A stretch of DNA of 64,000 nucleotides, taken from Polyangiales bacterium. GTDB taxonomy: Bacteria > Myxococcota_A > Polyangia > Polyangiales > Polyangiaceae. The notes below the pieces were generated by a model that was not told the origin of the DNA, did not search any database, and was given only the letters and a program-made list of their open reading frames with translations. A program made the position numbers and the translations under genes. The stretch spans positions 64,001 through 128,000 of the forward strand of contig JBBRNJ010000005.1 in assembly GCA_038230375.1 (NCBI GenBank). The letters run 5' to 3'. Of this stretch, positions 9,141-17,043 are shown piece after piece (position 1 is the first letter of the stretch; the number at the start of each line of letters is the position of its first letter).

Positions 9141-10696
9141 TTCCCGTGCTCACCCGCGAAGAGGCCCGCGCGTTCGATGCCCACGCCATCGCGTCGGACG
9201 TGCCAAGCATCGTGCTCATGGAGAATGCGGGCAGGGGAGCCACGGACGTGCTCATCCGCGAGCTGGATGCGCGCGGTCTCCACGGCCTCATCCTTGTCCT
9301 GTGCGGTGCCGGCAACAATGGCGGAGACGGCTATGTGGTCGCGCGACACCTCTTGACGCGCGGGCGCGACGTCCGCCTCATTGCGTGGAGGGGACGCGAT
9401 GGCAACCTCACGCCCGACGTGGCCGTCCACCACGCTGCATTCCTGGGCGCGGGGGGCGGTGTGTCTTCCGGCTCCGAGCTCGACGCCACGCTCGACGCAG
9501 CAGAGGTGGTGGTCGATGCGCTCTTCGGTACTGGCCTCGACAGACCCATCGAGGGCCGATCCGCCGACGTCATCGCGAAGATCAACGAGCGCGGTGCCTT
9601 CACGTTTGCGCTCGATCTTCCCTCCGGTCTCTGTGCCGACACGGGGCGCACGCTGGGCATCTGCGTGCGAGCAGACGCCACGGCCACGTTCGCCTTCCAG
9701 AAGCGAGGGCTGATGACCCAGATCGGGCGGGCATGCGCAGGCAAGGTCACCATCGTGGACATCGGCGTGCCGCCGCACCTGTCGGAGCCTGCAGGCGCGC
9801 ACGCGACCACCCTGGCTGACGTCAAGCAGACCCTCGCTCGTCGCCCGGTCGGCGCACACAAGTACACCGCGGGTCACGTCGCGATCCTCGGTGGTCGTCT
9901 CGGTACGCTCGGGGCCGCGCTCCTGGCGTCGCACGCGGCGATGCGCGCAGGTGCAGGCGCGGCGACCATCGTGACGTGGCCGGATGCCGCGGCGGCCGCA
10001 GCCGCAAGAGTGACCGAGGTGATGACCGCGCCGATCGAGGGCGACTCGTCGGAGATGCGCAGCGCGTCCGTCATCGCGCAATTCGGGACCAAGCGGGCGG
10101 CGGTGGTGGGTCCTGGTTTCGGCACGGGCGAGCTCGCACGGCAGGTGGTGGAGCAAGCCGTCATGCATTCGGGATGTCCGCTCGTGATCGACGCGGACGG
10201 GCTCACTGCGTTTGCAGGTCGCGCGTCCTCGCTTGCGGTCGCGGAGGGGCGCGCGGTGCTCACGCCGCACGAAGGCGAGCTGGCGCGCTTGCTGGGCGTG
10301 ACCAGCGCAGAGATCGCAGCAGACAGGTACGCGTTCGTGCTGCGTGCCGCGCGCGAGACAAAGTGCGTCGTGCTCCTGAAGGGAGCGTTCACGCTGATCG
10401 CAAGCCCCGAGGGAGACATCGTCGTCAACCAGACAGGCGGACCCGCGCTCGCGACCGCCGGCGCGGGGGACGTGCTGGCCGGCATCATCGGCGCGCTGCT
10501 CTGCACGCTCACGCCATTTGACGCCGCGTGGGTCGGCGCGTTCCTGCACGGCACAGCGGCGGATGAATGGTCCGCGGAGAACGGCGATCGCGGCCTGCTT
10601 GCGCACGAGGTAGCAGACCGTGTGCCGCGCGTTCTCGCCCACACGCTCTGTGTCCGAGAGGACGCTGGCGCAGCCGGATCTTCCCAGAAAGCGTAG
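9137..10696 (+). CDS. nnr: bifunctional NAD(P)H-hydrate epimerase/dehydratase (YjeF/Nnr)
   Basis: LMENAG, GAGNNGGDG, DALFGTG, DLPSG, VIDADG, LTPHEGE, ATAGAGDVLAG. Confidence 0.95.
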   Translation: MIPVLTREEARAFDAHAIASDVPSIVLMENAGRGATDVLIRELDARGLHGLILVLCGAGNNGGDGYVVARHLLTRGRDVRLIAWRGRDGNLTPDVAVHHAAFLGAGGGVSSGSELDATLDAAEVVVDALFGTGLDRPIEGRSADVIAKINERGAFTFALDLPSGLCADTGRTLGICVRADATATFAFQKRGLMTQIGRACAGKVTIVDIGVPPHLSEPAGAHATTLADVKQTLARRPVGAHKYTAGHVAILGGRLGTLGAALLASHAAMRAGAGAATIVTWPDAAAAAAARVTEVMTAPIEGDSSEMRSASVIAQFGTKRAAVVGPGFGTGELARQVVEQAVMHSGCPLVIDADGLTAFAGRASSLAVAEGRAVLTPHEGELARLLGVTSAEIAADRYAFVLRAARETKCVVLLKGAFTLIASPEGDIVVNQTGGPALATAGAGDVLAGIIGALLCTLTPFDAAWVGAFLHGTAADEWSAENGDRGLLAHEVADRVPRVLAHTLCVREDAGAAGSSQKA

Positions 10697-10716
10697 TCAT
10701 TTCAGGGCGCAGGCCG

Positions 10717-10732
10717 TGGCACTTGGGTTGCT
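10717..10732 (+). promoter_or_regulatory. sigma54 (-24/-12) promoter
   Basis: TGGCAC-ttggg-TTGCT with exact GG-N10-GC spacing, 26 nt upstream of the ECF sigma ATG. Confidence 0.75.
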
Positions 10733-10758
10733 CTAACCAGCGAGCACGAGGACCCACG

Positions 10759-11340
10759 ATGCCCAAGAACGCTTCTGCCACTCCTTCTCCTTCCGACCGC
10801 CCCGCAAAGGCACCCCGCCCCTGCATGGCACTCCGCGACGAGCTCACGCTCGTGTTGCCGGAGCTGCGTGCGAGAGCGATGAAGCTGACGCGCGATTCGG
10901 TCGCGAGCGACGACCTGGTGCAGGACACAGTCGTGCGTGCGCTGTGCTTCGAGAAGCAGTTCATCCAGGGTACGAACGTGCGCGCGTGGCTGGGCACGGT
11001 GCTCTTCAGCGTGTTCGTATCGCGCTACCGCCGCAAGAAGCGCGAGCAGCGCGCCGCGGTCGCGCTCGCGGCGGATCCGTGTGCGTGGACGACGCCGCAA
11101 GGCTTCACCGCACCGGACTGCGGCTCGCTGGCGCCCGCAATGAAGGTGAAAGTCGAGACGCTGCCGCCGGCGTTCCGTGACGTGGTGTGCCTGGTGGATC
11201 TCCAGGAGCGGTCGTACCGTGATGCGGCGACGGAGCTCGGCGTGCCCGTGGGCACCGTGATGAGCCGCCTGCACCGCGGCCGCCGCCTGCTCGCGGAGAG
11301 CCTGGCGCAGCCGGGTACCGAACAGAAACACGCCGCGTGA
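10759..11340 (+). CDS. ECF-family RNA polymerase sigma factor
   Basis: Region 2 DDLVQDT...RAWLGTVL; region 4 SYRDAATELGVPVGTVMSRLHRGR; SD GAGGA. Confidence 0.93.
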   Translation: MPKNASATPSPSDRPAKAPRPCMALRDELTLVLPELRARAMKLTRDSVASDDLVQDTVVRALCFEKQFIQGTNVRAWLGTVLFSVFVSRYRRKKREQRAAVALAADPCAWTTPQGFTAPDCGSLAPAMKVKVETLPPAFRDVVCLVDLQERSYRDAATELGVPVGTVMSRLHRGRRLLAESLAQPGTEQKHAA

Positions 11341-11361
11341 GGATCGCGACGAGCGGACGCA

Positions 11362-12996
11362 TCACGCGTAGATCGGCCGCGCGGGAAGCTCGAGGACGCC
11401 GTGGCTCGGGGCACTTACTTCACGGTGCCGCTCCTTCGTCTGGCCTTTGATCTTGAGCCCCACGCCCTGGACTTCGGCGTTGAGCGAGAGCCCACCGGAT
11501 GTCTCCACGGAGGAGTAGGCCTCGGCCTTTGCCTGCGCACCTGGACCGAACACACCCATCGCGCCCGGAAGGTCGGCCGCTGCGACCAAGGCCATGGCTC
11601 GAACCAGGTCTGCGTTGCTCCCGTTCCAGCCCTTCACTTCGAGGGTGCGGGTACTCACGAATTGCTCCGCGCCAGCGCCGCCACCGTTTGACCTCTGGGT
11701 GGCGACGCCAAGACCAAGCTGCACACCGGTCGCGCGTTCGCTCTTGAGCGTCACGGTTCGAGCGCCGCTCTTCAACTGTCCCTGAAGATTCATCAGTGAT
11801 GCGCCCGGGTCCGACAGGAGCCGTGCGGAGTCGACGTGCTCAGGCAAGGCGTAGACCATTGAGAACTTCACGCTCACGTCCTCCTGATGGTTCACGGCCA
11901 GCCCGTTCATCGGTAAGCCGGCAGGCTGCTCTCGGTTGCCTGATGCCCGGGCCAGCCCAGCTCCGCCGGTCCCCGAAACTCGTCCAGATGTCTCGAGCGC
12001 GATCTCCACGGTCGTCGCGCGCCCGCCTTCGAAGTGGATCGTCGACGAGACCTTTTCCGCTGGCAAGCCCTGAAGTGCCGCGCCCATGGCGGCCCTCGCA
12101 CCCTCGGCGCCTGACGCCTTGTTGATCTCCGCGGAGAGAACGCCCGAGACTGTGACGTCGCTGATGTGCGAGCGCAGGAACGCCGTGTCCGCCGCGTTCA
12201 TCACGCCGTGGTTGCGGAGCTGCTGCGCGCCTTCGAGCATCGGGTTGTATGCAGCCATGCCGTAACGCAGGACGCATTCGGTGAGCTTCTTCGCATCCGC
12301 GGCGGTGCTCACCTGGAATGTGATCTTGGCGCCGGCCGCGGCCTGGGCTTTGGCCTCCATGAATCCGCCCTTCTTGATTGCGGTCGCTCCCAGCTCGCCG
12401 CTTGCCTCGACCTTGAACGCTCCGTCCTCGCCGCGCGTCACCTTCACGCTGACTTGCTCTTCAGTTCCGCCTCTACCCACGCCGAGCTCGATGGAGCCGG
12501 TGATCTCGTAGGTGTCGTTCTTCTGGAGCGCGGCGACCTTGCTGGGTGGGGACTGCGCGAGCGTCATGAGATCGACCTGTCGTGATGCCTGTGCCATGTC
12601 CTGGACGACGCTCACGATGGGTGCCTGAGCCTTCACGCGAGCAAGGTCGAAGCCCAGCTCCACGCCATGGTGCGGCGCGTTGCATTCGCTCACGCGGCCG
12701 TCCAGGTCGAGCTGCTCCAGCAGACGCTCACCGGGTAGCTGACTGGTACGCCGGCCCAGAGCGCGGAGCGTGGCGCCGTCCGGCTCACCCGTGGTTGGAA
12801 GGCCTTCGCTACGCTGAAAAGAGGTGAGGCCCTCCTTCATGGTCCTTGGCGTATATCGATCGGTGCCAGCGAGCTCGTTGAGGAGCGCGAGGGCCTTCGG
12901 GGTGACGTCGTTCGAGCGGATGGTTCGCTCGCGCTCCTCCGCCTCCCGCGTCGTGGTGTCCGTATCCGAGCTGCGCGAACGATCGACGATGGTCAT
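11362..12996 (-). CDS. hypothetical protein with N-terminal peptidoglycan-binding domain; putative secreted effector
   Basis: MKEGLTSFQRSEGLPTTGEPDGATLRAL matches the PG_binding_1 pattern; Ser/Thr-rich N-terminus; no Sec signal; Gly/beta-rich body. Confidence 0.7.
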   Translation of the reverse strand: MTIVDRSRSSDTDTTTREAEERERTIRSNDVTPKALALLNELAGTDRYTPRTMKEGLTSFQRSEGLPTTGEPDGATLRALGRRTSQLPGERLLEQLDLDGRVSECNAPHHGVELGFDLARVKAQAPIVSVVQDMAQASRQVDLMTLAQSPPSKVAALQKNDTYEITGSIELGVGRGGTEEQVSVKVTRGEDGAFKVEASGELGATAIKKGGFMEAKAQAAAGAKITFQVSTAADAKKLTECVLRYGMAAYNPMLEGAQQLRNHGVMNAADTAFLRSHISDVTVSGVLSAEINKASGAEGARAAMGAALQGLPAEKVSSTIHFEGGRATTVEIALETSGRVSGTGGAGLARASGNREQPAGLPMNGLAVNHQEDVSVKFSMVYALPEHVDSARLLSDPGASLMNLQGQLKSGARTVTLKSERATGVQLGLGVATQRSNGGGAGAEQFVSTRTLEVKGWNGSNADLVRAMALVAAADLPGAMGVFGPGAQAKAEAYSSVETSGGLSLNAEVQGVGLKIKGQTKERHREVSAPSHGVLELPARPIYA

Positions 12997-13002
12997 GCGC
13001 TC

Positions 13003-13029
13003 TCATCGGCCGCTCACGCGCGCAGTTGC
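13003..13029 (-). promoter_or_regulatory. sigma28 (FliA/WhiG)-like promoter
   Basis: Minus strand GCAA-N15-GCCGATGA, 6 nt before ATG 12996; canonical form is TAAA-N15-GCCGATAA. Confidence 0.6.
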
Positions 13030-13054
13030 GTGTCACCCGCGTTCTTGCGTCGAA

Positions 13055-13606
13055 TCAGCGAGGGTGCGGTGCCCACGGCACGTCGTCGACCTTCGCGGCG
13101 TGGTTCTCGTACCGCGCGAGGGTGAAGAGCAGATCGCTCAGGCGATTGAGGTAGATGACGAGCGCAGCGCGCGGCGTGGCGTCATCGATGGAAAGCAGTG
13201 CGCGCTCGGCGCGTCGACACACCGTGCGCGAGAGGTGAAGGCGTGCGGCGACCTCCGAGCCACCGGGCAAGATGAAGGTCTTCAGCGGAGGCAGCGGCTT
13301 CTCCGCGTCGTCGATGGCGCGCTCGAGGCGCTCGTAGTCGGCCTGGTCGAGGAGCTGCATCTTCAAGCTCTCCTCCTTGCCCGGCACGGTTGCGAGCTCC
13401 GCGCCGAGCGTGAAGAGATCCACCTGCACGCGCGCGAGCACCTCGTCCGTGAAGGACGAAGGCTTCGCCGTGCGCACGAGACCAAGCGTCGCGTTGAGCT
13501 CGTCGACGGTGCCGTAGGCCTCGACGCGAGGCACGTTCTTCTTCACGCGCCCCCCGCCAAAGAGCCCCGTATCGCCGCCGTCGCCGGTCTTCGTGTAGAT
13601 GCGCAT
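13055..13606 (-). CDS. pduO: ATP:cob(I)alamin adenosyltransferase (PduO type)
   Basis: MRIYTKTGDGG, YGTVDELNA, FILPGG, RTVCRRAER, YLNRLSDLLF. Confidence 0.95.
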   Translation of the reverse strand: MRIYTKTGDGGDTGLFGGGRVKKNVPRVEAYGTVDELNATLGLVRTAKPSSFTDEVLARVQVDLFTLGAELATVPGKEESLKMQLLDQADYERLERAIDDAEKPLPPLKTFILPGGSEVAARLHLSRTVCRRAERALLSIDDATPRAALVIYLNRLSDLLFTLARYENHAAKVDDVPWAPHPR

Positions 13607-13681
13607 GACGGCGGAGTATAGCCATCGATGTCCACGAAGAGGCTGTTTTCCAGGGGGATCGACGAAATCGTACGGTGCCAA

Positions 13682-13708
13682 GCAACCCACGCCCATGGCG
13701 GTCGATGG
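13682..13708 (+). promoter_or_regulatory. sigma28 (FliA/WhiG)-like promoter
   Basis: GCAA-N15-GTCGATGG, same spacing as 13003-13029; upstream of the 13749-17014 operon. Confidence 0.55.
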
Positions 13709-13748
13709 GGGTGCATCGGCGCAAGTCGCCACCACCGTCGAGGACCAC

Positions 13749-13979
13749 ATGTCGAACGAGCACGAGGACCGGACTCATCGTCTGAAACAGCTAGACGCAG
13801 CCATCGATGCACAGGACGAAGCGATGAACGCGGTCCGGGCTCACGCCGCAGAGCTCAGCGCGCAAGGAGTCGAGCTGCCTGCTGGTCCGCTCCTCGCGGA
13901 GCTCGATGCCGTCATCGAGAAAGCCATCACGTCCGCACGCACGAACCCCACCACCGTCCACTACGGCCTCCGGGCCTGA
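13749..13979 (+). CDS. small helical hypothetical protein, first gene of the translocon-like operon
   Basis: SD GAGGA 13740-13744; 76 aa; coiled-coil-like; ends YGLRA. Confidence 0.75.
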   Translation: MSNEHEDRTHRLKQLDAAIDAQDEAMNAVRAHAAELSAQGVELPAGPLLAELDAVIEKAITSARTNPTTVHYGLRA

Positions 13980-13991
13980 AAGAGAACCGTC

Positions 13992-14609
13992 ATGACCATC
14001 AACGCCTCCAGTCCTCTGCTCAACCATCCCCTCGCCAACACTGGCGCCGCCGGAGCCGGCAACAACGTCAACATCGACTGCATCAGCGTCGACAGCATCA
14101 TGGCGTACTGCGCTACCCGCATGAACGACCTCGACCTGATGCTGCGTTCGAAGATGCAGCAACAGACGAACCAGAACAACGTGTCGAAGCAGTGGTCCGA
14201 TCTCCAGGGCCTGATGCAACACTGCGCCGGAGCCGGCATCGTGAAGGGCGGAGATCAGTCGGGCAACAAGGCCGTCTCCGACCAGCTGCTCGCTCAGTAC
14301 AACGCGACCACCGATCCTGCGCTCCGGATCAAGCTCGGCGATGCCTTCACCAAGTTCACGGGCAAGAACATCGCGGATGGCCCGGTGGCCAATCCGGAGC
14401 CTAAAGACCCGGTGTCCGCGTCGGATTTTGCGGGCTTCATCGAGGAGATCAAGACGGATGCCGGCTCCGTCTCGCAGGGCTCGGACCTGGCGATGGTCGA
14501 GATCCAGAGCCTTGTCAGCCAGCGCCAGCAGGCGATGCAGCTCACCTCGCAGATGCTCCAGTCGGAGAGCGAGATCGCCAAGAACATCCTCGGCAACACG
14601 GGGCGCTGA
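13992..14609 (+). CDS. putative T3SS tip/filament protein (Bsp22/EspA/SctA-like)
   Basis: C-terminal helix SDLAMVEIQSLVSQRQQAMQLTSQMLQSESEIAKNILGN resembles Bsp22/EspA/needle C-termini; N-terminal coiled coil; gene position. Confidence 0.65.
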   Translation: MTINASSPLLNHPLANTGAAGAGNNVNIDCISVDSIMAYCATRMNDLDLMLRSKMQQQTNQNNVSKQWSDLQGLMQHCAGAGIVKGGDQSGNKAVSDQLLAQYNATTDPALRIKLGDAFTKFTGKNIADGPVANPEPKDPVSASDFAGFIEEIKTDAGSVSQGSDLAMVEIQSLVSQRQQAMQLTSQMLQSESEIAKNILGNTGR

Positions 14610-14611
14610 AG

Positions 14612-14989
14612 ATGAACCCCGTCGACCACGCCCTCGCGATCGACGCTGTGTATGCGGCCGGTCGCTGGCTCCTCCAGAACGACCGGCCGCGTGAGGCGGT
14701 CGACATTTTTCGCACCATCATGCTTGCTGCGCCGACGGACGAGCGCGGCTGGCTCGGGCTGGCCGAGGCGCACGACACGCTCGGCGAGCATACGAAGGCG
14801 CTCGAGCTCTTGCGGCTCGCGCCCGACGCAACAGGTCCCCGCGCGCGCATCGCGCTCTGCATGGCGCGCGCGCTCCGCCATGCCGGCGAAGACGCGGCGG
14901 ACACCTACGAGCTCGCGGCGGACCTCGCGTTGGCCGAGAGCGCTGACGATCTCCTCAACCTAGTTCGATTCGAGAAGGCGCAGTCATGA
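14612..14989 (+). CDS. TPR class II translocator chaperone (SycD/LcrH-like)
   Basis: 125-aa TPR pattern AVYAAGRWLLQ...AVDIFRTIMLAAPTDERGWLGLAEAH; directly upstream of two hydrophobic translocator-like genes. Confidence 0.75.
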   Translation: MNPVDHALAIDAVYAAGRWLLQNDRPREAVDIFRTIMLAAPTDERGWLGLAEAHDTLGEHTKALELLRLAPDATGPRARIALCMARALRHAGEDAADTYELAADLALAESADDLLNLVRFEKAQS

Positions 14990-16305
14990 GCCCCAGTATC
15001 CAGACCCAGGTGCCGCGCACCGCATCGCTGTCCCCGATCACGTCTGGCGCGACGGTCGCGCAGGCGGGCGCACCTCCCTCCGTGCTCCCCACGCCGTCCG
15101 CGTTGAACCTCCCCGACGCGTTGTCGGCGCTCCTTGCACTGCAGTCTGGTGTGTCGAGCGCACAGCAGGCGCAGGGCCAGGCCGATGCGAAGGTGAAGAG
15201 CGCGGCGCGCGACCTCGCAGAGACGACGCGCAAGTCGCACATCAAGCAGGCCATTGACGCCGCAAACGAGGCGAAAAAGCACGCCGATGACGGCGGCACA
15301 TTTGGCTTCATCACCGACCACATCGGTGTCGTTGGCCTCATCGGGCTGTGCACGGGCCAGTTCTATCTCGTCGCAGAAGACATGGCCGCGCACGCCGCGC
15401 AGAAGAACAATCAGTCGACCAGCGCGCTTGGCGTCGGCGCTGCGCTCGTCGGTGGCCCGCTCGGTGCGGGCCTCGAGCTGGGCATCGAGAAGGGACTCCC
15501 CGAGGACTGGACGAAGCCCATGGAGGAGCTGCCGAGCGTGAAGGACGACGACGTACGTGTCGCGAACAAGGTCGCGCTCACCATCGTGATGGCAGAGGCA
15601 ATGGCAGCAGCCACGGTGGCCTCCGGCGGTGCTGCCGCGCCCACGTACATCGCGCTGGCAGGCATCATGGTCTCCACAGCGACCGAGGTCGGCGACGAGA
15701 CCGGTCTGACGAAGAAGGTGTTCAAGAGCGACGCTGCGACCGCCTCGATGGTCGGCCATCTCACTGGAGCAGCGCTTGGCGCGGCCGCCGGCTTTGCGTC
15801 GGCGTCGAGCGCGTGGAGCTACGTATCGGCGAGCGGTCAGGCCCTCGCTGTCACTGCGCAGGCAAGCCAGCAGACGGGTCTGACGAAGGAACTGGTCGGC
15901 GAGGACGCAGACAAGGTGACGCTCGGTCTCACCATCGCTGGAACGGCTGCCGTTGCAGTGGGTAGCGCCGGTGGCATTCTCTCGGGCCCGGGAGACAAGA
16001 AGCCGAAGGTCGATCGGATGGTCGAGCACGGCAAGAGCGCGAAGCAGATCCTCGACGGCGGAGACCAGGTCTACCGCGGCGTCAACGCGATCGAGCGCGC
16101 GCACTTCGAGCACGTCGCTGGCGTCGAGAACATCGAAGCCAAGCGCCAGAAGCAGCTGATGCAGCGCATCGAGATGGCGATTGACGGCATCATCGACGAC
16201 CTCAAGGAGGCGCAGAAATCACAGAAGCGCGCGACCGAGACCATCCAGGGCGCGATCCAGACCGCCCAGCAGACCACCACCATCGCCATCGGAATGAAAG
16301 GTTGA
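14986..16305 (+). CDS. putative major T3SS translocator (SctE; YopB/IpaB/SseC-like)
   Basis: Coiled coil followed by EAKKHADDGGTFGFI; hydrophobic AAATVASGGAAAPTYIALAGIMV segments; C-terminal coiled coil; no signal peptide. Confidence 0.7.
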   Translation: MSPSIQTQVPRTASLSPITSGATVAQAGAPPSVLPTPSALNLPDALSALLALQSGVSSAQQAQGQADAKVKSAARDLAETTRKSHIKQAIDAANEAKKHADDGGTFGFITDHIGVVGLIGLCTGQFYLVAEDMAAHAAQKNNQSTSALGVGAALVGGPLGAGLELGIEKGLPEDWTKPMEELPSVKDDDVRVANKVALTIVMAEAMAAATVASGGAAAPTYIALAGIMVSTATEVGDETGLTKKVFKSDAATASMVGHLTGAALGAAAGFASASSAWSYVSASGQALAVTAQASQQTGLTKELVGEDADKVTLGLTIAGTAAVAVGSAGGILSGPGDKKPKVDRMVEHGKSAKQILDGGDQVYRGVNAIERAHFEHVAGVENIEAKRQKQLMQRIEMAIDGIIDDLKEAQKSQKRATETIQGAIQTAQQTTTIAIGMKG

Positions 16306-16312
16306 GACCATC

Positions 16313-17014
16313 ATGAACTCGTTCGCCATCCAGGCCCGCGCTGTTTCCACCACCAGCCCCGTCGACAAAGCAACGAGCGTTGGCGGCGCCGCTCCCGCAC
16401 CGCCGGCATCCGCGCTGCCCACGCCGGAGTTCTCGGGCGACGTTGCGACGGCGCTCGCGCAGCTGATGCTGAAGAGCGAATTCGTTCGCAAGAACCTCGC
16501 GCACGAGGAGCGCAAGGTCGCCGAGGCGGGAATGAAGTCTGCGCAGGAAGCGCAGATCAAGGAGCTCACTACAGAGGCGGACAAGAAGCTCGACGCCGCG
16601 ACGGAAGCAGCCGTCGGTACGATCGGCAATGGCGTTCTATGCGCCAGCACTGCGGCCATGGACATCGCAACGACGAACGGGCCGAACGAACCGCGAAAGG
16701 ACGTCTCGCTGAACGGCGCAAAGATGGACCGACGGGCGGTCTCGCTGGCGTCTGACCGCGACTTTGGAAAGGGAGCTGGAGGCGTCTTCGAAGGGTCCAT
16801 GAAGCTCGACGCCGCCGCAAAGGACCACGAGGCGAGCAAGGCAAACATCCGCGCGAAGGCCGATGAAAACCTCGCCAGCGCGTGGAAAAACAGCATCGAC
16901 GACGCGAAGGACGCGCGACAGGACGCGCAGGAACGCATCGGCCGCGTCCACGATTGGCTGAAGTCACTGGAAGAGACGACGGCGCAGACGACGATGAGCG
17001 CCATCAAGGCGTGA
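16313..17014 (+). CDS. putative minor T3SS translocator (SctB; YopD/IpaC/SseD-like)
   Basis: S/T/P-rich N-terminus, ALAQLML helix, central small-residue hydrophobic patch, C-terminal coiled coil ending SAIKA. Confidence 0.65.
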   Translation: MNSFAIQARAVSTTSPVDKATSVGGAAPAPPASALPTPEFSGDVATALAQLMLKSEFVRKNLAHEERKVAEAGMKSAQEAQIKELTTEADKKLDAATEAAVGTIGNGVLCASTAAMDIATTNGPNEPRKDVSLNGAKMDRRAVSLASDRDFGKGAGGVFEGSMKLDAAAKDHEASKANIRAKADENLASAWKNSIDDAKDARQDAQERIGRVHDWLKSLEETTAQTTMSAIKA

Positions 17015-17043
17015 GAGGTCTCGCGACGCTCCGTAGCGCGTGG

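Noticed and set aside
13055..13606. pduO as part of the translocon system
   Set aside because: Ordinary housekeeping sequence and codon usage, with its own TATACT promoter; the position is probably incidental.
11362..17014. Mobile island interpretation of the translocon region
   Set aside because: No integrase, transposase, tRNA or flanking direct repeats seen; atypical codon usage alone is insufficient.
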